Shown here piece by piece: positions 9,801 through 21,800 of a DNA stretch of 33,750 nucleotides (the first letter of the stretch is position 1; every line of letters starts with the position of its first letter). Both the position numbers and the translations under genes were made by a program. The notes under the pieces were generated by a model. That model searched no databases, was not told where the DNA came from, and saw only the letters and a program-made list of their open reading frames with translations. Where the stretch lies: contig NC_068986.1 in NCBI RefSeq assembly GCF_001194135.2, positions 25,998,510 through 26,032,259 on the forward strand. The letters are read 5' to 3'. The DNA comes from Octopus bimaculoides (Eukaryota).

Positions 9801-12800
9801 AATCACCTTGGCCAAGTGTCTTCCACAATATTCTTGAGTCCACCAAAACCTTGTGAGTAGATTTGGTAGACAGAAACTGACAGAAGCCAATAATGTGTGT
9901 GTGTGTGTATGTCTGTGTGCGTGTGTGTGCATCTTTGTGTATGTGTTTGTCCCCCACCACCACTTGACAGCTGGTGTTTTGTTTGTTTATGTCCCCTGTA
10001 ACATTAGCTGTTGAGTAAAGGAGACCGATAGAATAAGTGCCAGGATTTAAAAAAAAGTACTGGGACCAATTCATTCAACTAAAATTCTTCAACGTTGTGC
10101 CCCAGCATGGCCCACAGTCTAATGATTGCAACATTTAAAAGATAAAAAGAACTTGACAAATTAGATAACAGAAGTAAAAAACACAAAATAATGATAGTAA
10201 TTTGAAGAAAATTATTTGAAACATTATGAGAAACATTCATGTTCAATTTATTTTTATTATTTTTCTTGTCAGTGGAGCAGTGGAAATCTTATACAGATTG
10301 GTTGGTCCAACACTGAAGACCTTCTTTGTATCCAGGATGATGGAGTTGTTCTTGTCTACAATATGTTTTGTACTTTTAAGAAAACTTTCAGCATGGGTGA
10401 TGTAAGTTGCTTGCTATCAAAGTTGACTAGTCTTGTAATATTTATAAATTGTTTTATATGATATGAAGCTATTTTTCTTTTTGTAAATTTTTTTCCAGGA
10501 GGCAAAAACTTTGAAAGTCAAAGATTGCAAAGTGTTCCAAGGATTCCACGGCACAGGCATTGCCATCATAACCAATTCTCTTAGAGTATTTATTGTTAAC
10601 AATGTTGAAGATTCTAGAATCCGACGTCTTGCTGAAGTTCCTGGTGAGTGAGAATATTTCCTTCTAAAATAAGTTGCTTTACTTCACTTTTTGATACCAA
10701 CCCACCCATGACCACCTCTTGTACTCTGATACAAAATGTCTTTTTTAGAGTGTTCACATTTATGCCTTTCACTTAGTTTTGTTCGAAATGCTTAATTATT
10801 TATTTCAAATTTTGGCACAAGGCCAGCAATTTTAGGGGAAGCGGTATGTTGGTTACATCAACCCCAATGTTCAACTAGTACTTATTTTATTGATCCTACA
10901 AAGATGAAAGCAAAGTCAACCTTGGTGGGATTTGAACTCAGAATGTGAAGACGGATGCAATGCCACTGAGCATTTTGCCCAGCATGCTAACAATTCTGTA
11001 TCTTGCCACCCTGAGGCACCTAATTATTAATGGAAAAGTTATTTCTTCAAATTCTTCCTTATTTTACAAAATTTATTGAAATGCCTACACAGTGCGTAGG
11101 TGTAGGAGTGGCTGTGTGGTAAGTTGCTTGCTGACAAACCACATGGTTCCGGGTTCAGTCCCACTATGTGGTACCTTGGGCAAGTGTCTTATGCTGTAAC
11201 TTCAGTCCTGGTTAAAGCTTTGTGAGTGGATTTGGTAGACAGAAACTGAAAGAAGCCTATTGTATATTATGTATCTGTATTTACATATGTGTTTGTGTCT
11301 CCTTGTCTTGATATCACATGATTGTTGTAAATGAATGTTATTCATTTCTAGTATTCTAAAGAAATATTACCTCACTTGGAAACAGCTAAGGGTTGGTGAG
11401 AGGAAAGGTGTCCAGCCATTGAAAATCTGCCTCAGTAGACTCTGTCCAGCCCATGCAAGCATGGGAAAGTGGACATTAAATCAATGCTGATGATATAAAT
11501 CTAAACATTTAATCTTTGCTAATACACTACTTTCAGCGGGTAGCTGGCAGAAATGTTAGCACGCTTCAACAATGGGTATTCGGTTATTCTACCAACTTAA
11601 CTCCTATTCAAGAAATTATGTAAGCAGTTATGTATTCTACATCAGTGGAGATGCAATGGCCCAGTGGTTAGGGCAGCGAACTCGCAGTCATAGGATCGCG
11701 GTTTCGATTCCCAGACCAGGCATTGTGAGTGTTTATTGAGCGAAAATACGTAAAGCTCCACGAGGCTCCGGCAGGGGATGGTGGCGAACCCTGCTGTACT
11801 CTTCCGCCACAATTTTCTCTCACTCTTTCTTCCTGTTTCTGTTGTACCGGTATTTCAAAGGGCCAGCTTTGTCACACTGTGTCACGCTGAATATCCCCGA
11901 GAACTACGTTAAGGGTACACGTGTCTGTGGAGTGCTCAGCCACTTGCACGTTAATTTCACGAGCAGGCTGTTCCGTTGATCGGATCAACTGGAACCCTCG
12001 ACGTCATAAGCGACGGAGTGCCAACAACAAAAAATTCTACATCATATATACTGAATGTGATTCTCAGGTCAAATTAACTTGAGACAATACAACATGGCTG
12101 GACTTTCAGTTTTATTACTTAATAATATTAGAGAATTATTGTTTTTATATAGGTCTTCTTCAGTTTATATGAAATAATGAAATATGTTATTTTGGTTATT
12201 TTCAGGTCTCCAGCCATCTTTCAGCAGCTGGATTATTTTGACTATTGATAGACAAACAAAAGCCATGGTAGCCAATGGCTCAGAACTCGTTCAAATTGAC
12301 CAGGGTGGACACTATGAAGTGAAGGTAAGCTTTAAAATATTTCAGAAGATCGTGAAAAATAAATCACCCAATCTCCAGCCACAGTTTATAGTCTCTTTTT
12401 ATATTCTACCTAGCACTACAAAACAAGTTTAATCAACCCAAGAAGTCGGTCCCTACATAGTTGCTCATCTTGTTAGAAATAGCAGCCAAATTCCCATTAA
12501 ATCACACCTTTAAAATAAAGGTGTATAGAAGACAAATTGATCTCCTCAACCATGGCTAACTCAGGGTTATGCAACAAACAAGTTTAATTAAAGCTAGTTT
12601 CATTATATTAACAGGACTAGAATCACAACTTTTGATAATTCCTTGTAGTATTACCACAGCAGATCAATTTGTAATTTGTTTCTGTTAATTGAAATAATTA
12701 ATGGTGGGTTGTTGTCAGTAAATTTTGCTGTAGCCATATTTGGTTAATGCATGATTCAACCAAACTACGTTAAATCTAGATATGTGTTCTTGAATTTATA

Positions 12801-15800
12801 GATTAAAATTTCCCTTTTTATTTGTAGCCTTTTCCTCCTGCTAACTGGACTGAAGGAAATGTGATTGACATGGCTCTATCTTCAGACAAGAAATATATTG
12901 CTTTATATATGTCATCAGGTCTTATTTGGGTTGGAACTTCAGATCTCAAGGTAATTTCTTCAATCAACGTCTTTTTATTTTTTTTAATTTCATCTCTTCC
13001 ACCTGTAATTGAAAAAAAAACTTTTATGTTTCTAATTTTCAAACTAAATATTTTAAAGACTTCCTTCTTGTAATGATTTATTTTAAAGAATTTTGTAAAT
13101 TTGGATATTTTACATATTGTCAAAGCAATTGTTTTTTTACCAGTAGATTCATCACAATTATTTTTTAACCTCCAGCACCATCAGAACATGGTCGATGCCA
13201 GGTCCACCTGACTGGCTCCCGTGCTGGTGGCACATAAAAAGCACCATCTGAATGTGGCCAATGCCAGTACCCACTGACTGGCACGTAAAAAACACTATCC
13301 GAACGTGATTGATACCAGGCCCAACTGACTGGTTCCTGTGCTGGTGTTATGTAAAAAGCACCCACTACACTCTCAGAGTGGTTGGCGTTAGGAAAGGCAT
13401 CCAGCAAACTGGAGTCTGTAACATCTAAAACATTTGAAAATATTTTTGTCTTATGCTATTCATTATCTATGTGTACATGATGAGGATTAATTAATTATTA
13501 GGTGTATTAACATTCCAATTATGTTTATTTTGATTTACAGACTAAACTATGGGAATTCAATACCAAAGGGGCACCAAAACCACTTTCATTTCTCTGGTAA
13601 ATACTCTAGTCTATTCATTTTAACAGTTATCAACATATATTGGTTCTGTGATGTTCTCACTGTATTTTAATGCCATATGGCTTATATATGTAGTTTTAAC
13701 TGTAATATTTTGTTTGCTTATTAGACATAACTGATATATTGTCTTTACATTTTCACTAGCCACATAACACTGATCATATGCAAATCAGCTTTCAGAGCCT
13801 CTTTCTGTTGGCCAGTAAAAATAAAATGTGTGCACTACATTATATGAAATGCAGGGAATTCCAGAAAGTACCCCATAACCAAAAATGAGTTAACTTGTTT
13901 CCCTGTCTCAAGTGCACACACATGAAACCAAGTAAATTCAATTCCTACACAATGATTGCATGATGAGAGTTGACAAGATTACTTAATTTTACTATAAAGA
14001 AATTAAACAAATTTAACCAATTATTAAAAACATTCTACTTACCAACTGATTACATCTATTCAGAAATTTTATTTGTATTTTGTTGTTAATTCTGTTTCTT
14101 TTAATTTTACTTGTCAGGTGTGGAAATGGAGCTGTTGTATGCCACTGGGATACTTTAATGTTAGTTATAGGGCCAGATAAAAATCACATTTCATATCCTT
14201 TTCTATTCAATGCAAAACAAAAAGTTTTTCTTTTGATTTTATATTATCTCATATAACACCTTATCTTGAGATGAGGCATTAAGTTGCCTTCTTTATACTC
14301 TCTGCGTCGCCTTACTGGCACTTGTGCTGGTGGCATGTGAAAAAACATTCGAGCAAGGTCGTTGCCAGTGCAGGTGGCATGTAAATAACACCATTTTGAG
14401 CGTGGCCGTTGCCAGTACCGCCTGACTGGCCCTCGTGTCGGTGGCACGTAAAAGCACCCACTACACTCACGGAGTGGTTGGCATCAGGAAGGGCATCCAG
14501 CTGTAGAAACTCTGCCAGATCAGATTGGAGCCTGGTGCAGCCTTCTGGTTCACCAGTCCTCAGTCAAATCGTCCAACATATGCTAGCATGGAAGGCAGAC
14601 ATTAAATGATGATGATGATGTATACAAACTGAATTTGTCACATGTAACAAAGTAGTTAACCCTTTTCCACCCACATTTTCTTATCTCTATTAAAGTGATA
14701 AGTTCTCCCTTTTTGTTTTCCTTATCTTTTGTAGAATTTATTAATTTTTTTTTAATTAACTGAAAGAATTCCTGTATTCTTTAAAGTGTTTCGTGTGTTA
14801 TACCAAATGTCTGTGAGTGCTCTTGTCTCACCCAAATTATTGTGGGACAAGGTATTAAATAAACTCAGTTGAATTGAGCAGTCTTTTACTATAAGACTTC
14901 TGCTATAAATTCAGCTGACACTATGAATAAAATGATGGATAATATACAGTTAAATCTATATTTCCCTCTTCACCTCTTATATTTGAGTGATATATCATCA
15001 GTACACTTTTATATTTCAACACACTGTTAACACACCTAAGAATTTACTTTGAATTGGAGTTATGGTTTCAATTTATCATCTGTCTTGTCATATTCAAGTA
15101 ATGATATTTTGAGTGTTATGATGTGTAGAATTTTAACTGCTGAAAATCAGTTTTAACCTTTTTAATACCAACTCACCTGAGTCCACCCCTAGTACTATGA
15201 TCCAAATTTCATTTTAAAGTGATCTGAATTAAACCCTTCCATCAACAGTTCCTGTTAAATTATGTTCCAGATGCCAGCTTAGGATTGGATTGGATTGGAT
15301 TGGATTGCTCATGTTCAGTCTACTGCATGACAAAGGCCTCAGCATGTTCTCTCCATCAGAGAATGGCTTGAGATGATACTGGTTTCATGAGCCTATTCTG
15401 TCACACTGACTTGACATAGTTTGGCAGAGGCATGCAGTTTTTATTCTCATACCTAGGAATAGTTATGTCAATTACAGCGACCCCCAGTCCTCAGTAGCTA
15501 CTTATTCTATCAACCCTGAACGGATGAAAGGCAAAGTCAACCTCGGCAGAATTTGAACTCAGAACGTAAAGACAAACAAAATACCACAAAGCATTTTGCT
15601 CAGCATGCTAACGATTCTGCCAGCTTAATAATGTCAAAACTTATTATACTAAATTCATCGATTGAAACAAAGCCATCGTAAGTCAATAGAAATAAGGTAA
15701 CAAGATGATAGGTTGTTACAGTGATGCGTTTCCTTAACTCGGACTACGTACATGCTTGATGGACCAGTTTATCTTGTTGAAGAAGTTGATGGTGTTAGAA

Positions 15801-18800
15801 TTATTGGCAATATGCAACATGAATTCTTAGAGAAAGTTCCAGGTAAGTGTCTAATTTTTTTCAATTAAGGTAAAGTTCGATGGATTTTTAAGAGTTTCTG
15901 CAAAATATTCTTCTTAGCATGCAGCTTCATAATACTGATAAATAAATGATGTTCTGTTCTCAGATGTTACATTGGAAGTCTACAAAATACTGTCTTTAGC
16001 TCCAGGTGCCATGTTGCGGCAAGCTTCTAAAGAATATCAAGTAAGTTATTAAAACATGTCATTCATCATCATTGTAATTTAACTACCACTTTTCCATTCT
16101 TGTATGGATCAGACAGAATTTGTTGAGGCAGATTTTCTACAACCAGATACCTTTCCCATTGCCATCACCTGTTTTCAAACAGGGTAATGTTTTCCTATGG
16201 CCAGGCATGTTTTCCATGGAAGACTGGAAATGAACAGCATCACCTGTATAACAATGATGATCACTTTACACCCATCATGCATGTGATGTCAAGACTAGGG
16301 TACACACACACACACACACACACACACAAATAAGGCGGCGAGCTGGCAGAACCGTTAGCACACCGGGCGAAATACATAGCGGTATTTCATCTGCCGCTAC
16401 GTTCTGAGTTCAAATTCTGCTGAGGTCAACTTTGCCTTTCATCCTTTCGGGGTCAATTAAATAAGTACCAGTTATGCACTGGGGTCGATATAATCGGCTT
16501 AATCCATTTGTCTGTCCTTGTTTGTCCCCTCTGTGTGTAGCCCCTTGGTACCTGTGCCAGTGGAGCACTAACAGACTGTCCGCGCATGATCATTGCCAGA
16601 GCAGCTGTCTGGCTTCTGTGCTAGTGGCCTGTAAATAGCACCATTTGAGCGTGATCGCAACCAGCGTCGCCTTACTGGCACATTAGAAAATCATTCGAGC
16701 GAGGTCGTTGCCAGTGCCGCTGGATTGGCTCCTGTACAGGTGGCACGTAAAAAACACCATTTTGAGCATGGCCGTTGCCAGTACCATGTGACTGGCCCTC
16801 GTGCCGGTGGCATGTAAAAGCACCCACTACACTCCCAGAGTGGTTGGCATTAGGAAGGGCATCCAGCTGTAGAAACTCTGCTAGATCAGATTGGAGCCTG
16901 GTGCAGCCTTCTGGTTCACCAGTCCTCAGTCAAATCGCCAACCCATGCTAGCATGGAAAGCGGATGTTAAACATTGATGATGATGATATATATGTTTGTG
17001 TGTTTATGTTTGTCACTCCACCATCGCTTGACAACTGATTCTGGTGGGTCTGCGTCCCTGTAACTTGGCAGTTCAGCAAGTGTGGCTGATGGAATATGTG
17101 TTACGCTTGCAGTGAGTGAGTTCTGGGGTTGATTTGTTTGACTAAAGGCGATGCTCCAGCATGGCTGCAGTCAAATGACTGAAACAAATAAAAAAGTAAG
17201 TTGGACTAAATGCTTAGCAGCATTTCTTCCAGCCCTTTATGTTCTGAGTTCAAATTCCACCGAGGTTGATTTTGCCTTTCATCCTTTTTGGGTCAATAAA
17301 ACAAGTGAAGACTGGGGTCAATGTAAATGACTTACCCAACTCCTCTAAAATTGTTGTCCTTGTGCTATAATTTGAAACCATTATTTAAGCTTCTCTCATG
17401 ATTATAAAGAATTTCACAATACCAGTCTCTATCTCTGTTATTTATTGATGATAACTATTCACATTTATTCACATTTTCTCTGATACCAGAATGGAAGCCA
17501 GAAAGCTGATGAACATTTACGAATGATAGAAAATAAAGATGTGGCTGTTGATCAATGTATTCTAGCTGCTGGGCACCAGTTTGAACCAGCAGAACAAAAG
17601 GAACTATTGAAGGCTGGTATATTTTAATCATTGTGTTTTGTTATGAGATGTGTGCTTTTGAAAGTGTAAAAAATACAAGATTGATGTGGGATTGTACTCA
17701 ATGTGAAGCACCAGTTGGCAGAGTTGTTCAAGCATTAGCTAAATCACATTATGGTAATTATTTTGGTTCTCTGCATGCAGAGTTCAAATCCCACTGAGAT
17801 CAACTGTACCTTTCATTCTTTTAAGGTTGATAAAGTACCAGTCCCATACTGGAGAGTGATTCTCTCTGTCTCTCATTCTTTCTTTCTGTCTACCTGTCTG
17901 TTTTTCCCTCTTCTGGAGGAAAAAAAATCAGATCTAGTAAGACTTGGAGCAAGATGGGCTCTGCCTGGTCAAAAAATGCCTATGCCCTGCTCTGTGAGTG
18001 AATGTCACCCCTACAACTCAGTCAAGGAGTTGAGAGGCAAGGCATACTAAATGTATATACAAGGTGTCCACAAGGTCTGGGTACATAAAGTAAATAAAAT
18101 CATAACATAAACAATTAAATATAAGAAATAATAATTTCTTAAAGTATGTGTTAATCCCCATGTACCCAGACTTTGTGGACACCCTGTAGATTATGATATG
18201 GCCAATCTGTATTTTGAAGGAAATGCTTAATTTTGTCAACCAAAATAGACATGTCCATTTTGAGCCTACAAGAGAGGTTCTACATGGCCAATCAATTTGC
18301 TAAAAATAACAGCCAAATCTTTCTTTAATCATATTCCTATTATCTTAGAAAAGAATACATTGGATAATTGATCCTGTGTTCTTTGTATAAATCTAAAAAA
18401 CATGAAATGGATCACAGCTGGCTTTACTTGGATTATAGATCTATTCAAAGCTAACTTGTGTCTAAATAATAACATAAGTCTACTTCATTACTGAATGAAA
18501 ATTGTTTAAAAAGCTAACCAGCTTTAAGCACTTTTAAGGAAATTTATACAAAACAATAATAATAACCAGTTTTTATAACAGGAGATTAAAACGTTTTAAA
18601 AAATGTAGGTACATTTTGGTTTGCATAGTTTTGAATATATTATTATTGTTTTTATTTATTCTTAACATTATAATAATGAACATATTATATACAGTGCTCA
18701 GATGCACTACAACTCCTCAGAAAAAGCAGCCAAAAGTGCATGAACAGTACATAGAATAATGTGCAGGAGGTGAACAGTGAATGAGTTGTTAAAAAAAACA

Positions 18801-21800
18801 TTCTTTCAGTACAAGTGTATTAAGCTACTTACGTTTGTTCTTTGTTGTTTTTTTTACTTTTTCTTCGCAGGCCGCTGTATTTGGTAAAAGTTTCATTACT
18901 GAATATTCACCAAAGAAGTTTGTGTCAATGTGCCAGACACTTAGAGTTCTTAACCAAATTCGCCATTTCAGTATTGGAATACCGTTGACATATACACAGT
19001 ATCCTTCTATCCATAATCTTTTATTTTTGCATTTACAGCACAATAAATACTAAAATGGTCATAGGGATTACATGAGATAATCTTTAGGATTTAAGGCAGA
19101 CATCTATTTATATTTGAAGTCATGATTAAAATGTTCATTGAGAATAATTGTGGAGTTTGGTTATCATCATTATTGTTATTTTAGCATTCATTTTTCCATG
19201 CTTGCATGGGTCAGGCAAAACAAGTAGACATTAATTAACATACACATGTATGTTCATCATCATCGTCGTTTAATGATTTCCAAGAAAAAAGGTCCACGGG
19301 TGGATCTTATATCTTTGTAAATTTTGTATATATCTATAATTTGATATACATTAATGAGAGTACCATTTAGCTCCCCTACAGCAAGAAAGTTGTTTTATCT
19401 TGACCTCTTCTCCAAGCATAAAGTCACTCTCTCAAAGGGGCTATTAGTCTAGTGAGCTGCATGGCAACCTCACTAGTGCTGGTGAAATTGAGGCTGATAT
19501 TTGTTACCATTTTTCCATGAAAATATTTGATAGGAAAGCACAGTATGCTAGAAATAGCAGTCAATCAACATAGAAGTAACATATGAGAAGACTGATTAAC
19601 ATTATTTGATTTTGCTAACAGGAACGAACTTCATTCCAGCTATATATTATTTATATTTAACAATATTTAAATAGTATTCATGATTTTGCACCACCTTGAC
19701 TGTGATCCCAATATTTTCATACCTTCATTCAATTTCCTCTGCCCTGGATGTCTTCTATTGTCACCACACATTTCTTATAAATGCCCAATCCATCCCAGCA
19801 TGGAATACAGGCATTATGATGAGGATGATGATCTTATAAATTTGTGCAAAATAAAGACAAAGACAATTTTGTTTTCTTTTTGTTTGTTTGTTTGTTTTTT
19901 TTGTTATCTTCATTTGAGGTCAACTGCTTTAAAATTCCTTAATACTTCATCAGATTGAAACTATTAACCAAAGAGGTTTTGATTGATCGATTAGTGTTGC
20001 GTATGAAATTCTTATTAGCTATTCGTATCTGCCAGTTTCTACATATTCCTGATGCTGAGGGTGTTAGTCGAATTCTTGCACATTGGGCATGTTACAAAGT
20101 ACAGTATCTTATTTAAACCTATTTAATTATGTGTGTGTTTGTATGTGTGTGTCAAAAAGTAAACTCCATTCACTATTTTACTATTTACTATTTTGATATT
20201 TAATCACTTTCACATAAGATGCCTGCAAAAATTTCTCAACATCAAATAGCAAGATAAAATTCTTAATACTACTGTGATAAAGAGAGCTAATAATGTGAAA
20301 CATGAATGCTTTCCTAAGTAAACTCCAACTGCAGTGAAGTGGGCATATAATGTGCATACCCAGCTCTAGACTTGCTAAACAGATTTTTTTTGGTGAACTA
20401 GCTGTGGGTCCTCAGTTACATGGTGCACTAAAAAGGAGATGCAAAGACATTCTGAAGACAATCTTGAAAAAGTGTAACTTAGAACAGACTACTTGGGAAC
20501 GTTTTGCTCAAGATCACTCACTGTGTACTCAGTTCTGTGTACTTAGGAGTGCAGCACTCAGAATCAGAAATTACCAGAGAAACTAAAGAAATGCGGGCTG
20601 CATGGAAAGCAAGAGTCCCACCAACTCCTGATTCTGTTCTTAGAGTCACCACTATAACCATGGATTTTTTGCCAATATTTGACAAAAAGAAGCCACCTCA
20701 GGACCTACAAAGAGAAAGCTATTAATCTGGTCATCTTCAGAGACATGAAGAATGAATGTCATTTTAATATTTGCAAAGTTGCCTCAGTTTACATCTCTTG
20801 TTGCCATATGTACATCTCTAGTTGGTATATTTTATTCTTTCCCATAGTGGACTACACTCTCAGAGTGGTTGGTGTTAGGAAGGGCATCCAGCTGTAGAAA
20901 CTCTGCCAGATCAGATTGGAGCCTGGTGCAGCCATCTGGTTCACCAGTCCTCTGTCAAATTGTCCAACCCATGTCAGCATGGAAGGCGGACATTAAACAA
21001 TGATGATGATGATGAATGAATTACTGTTAATTTCTAGTAAATTTAATTAATTTATCTTTGTTTTTTTTATTTTGTTTTTTGTTTTTTTGTTTTTTTCACA
21101 GGTTCAACAGAAATACGAGAGTGATGAAGCAATAGCACATGCAATTTCACAAAAGTTGGGAGACACACCTGGAGTATCTTATTCAGAAATTGCTTGCAAA
21201 GCTACAGAATGTGGCAGAGACGAGTTAGCTATTAAGGTGCAGTTTAACCACTTTATTCTTTTATTATGTTTTTGTTACTTATGAAGGAAGATTACAGTTT
21301 ACCAAAGTAATATCATCAATGAAATCTTTCATGGAATTGCCTATTGTTATAAATAGTGATGTTGTTTGTTCCTTCTCAAGCCATGTTGGGCTCATAAGGG
21401 CCTGTTTGCCTGTTTCATTGACGTATAAGTCCCCCACCTGGACAGGACACCAGTCCATAGCAGGTGAGCTGCTAGATGCAGGAGAAAAGAGTGAGAGAAA
21501 GTTGTAGTGAAAGAGCCAGCAGAGGTTCACCATTACCTTCTGCCGGAGCCACGTGGAGCTTAGGTGTTTCACTCATAAACACACACTTCACATGGTCTGA
21601 GATTCGAACCCGCGATCCCTCGACCGCGAGTTCGCTGCTCTAACCACTAGACCATGTGCCTCCACTTTATAAATAGTAAATTAGGTTAATTATATAACAC
21701 ATTCAAATAAGAACACTAAGAAAAAGAAGACATAGTGAAGACAAGGAAGTAGCAGAAATGATGACAACATGACTGTTTAATTTACAAACACTTTTATTAC

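Larger units (their letters stand above)
14193..15747 (+). other. VPS16: U12-type (minor spliceosome) AT-AC intron, VPS16 intron 9
   Basis: 5' ATATCCTTT, branch site TTTCCTTAAC at 15729-15738, 3' end AC at 15746-15747. The phase-2 join TC+G keeps the frame (NHISYMLD). Confidence 0.93.

Noticed and set aside
11645-11720. Possible tRNA gene
   Set aside because: The A/B boxes continue into a 390-bp body with tail and TSD, and a second copy exists. It is a SINE head.
14118-14192. VPS16 lacks the vertebrate SRPRSKER-like loop after the WC motif
   Set aside because: Probably ordinary invertebrate-type variation; the splice sites and frame are normal.
13174-16987. Repeated ~60-bp units resembling a CRISPR or iteron array
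   Set aside because: Eukaryotic context, degenerate units without unique spacers, and embedded in a dispersed retroelement family.
17617-17622. Canonical GT donor (GTATAT) for intron 12
   Set aside because: It adds 4 nt and frameshifts against every nearby acceptor checked, so it cannot give the productive isoform.
20104-20112. U12-like GTATCTT just inside intron 14, suggesting a third minor intron
   Set aside because: It lacks the CC of GTATCCTT, is out of phase with the exon 15 acceptor, and intron 14 ends in a long poly-T tract typical of U2 introns.
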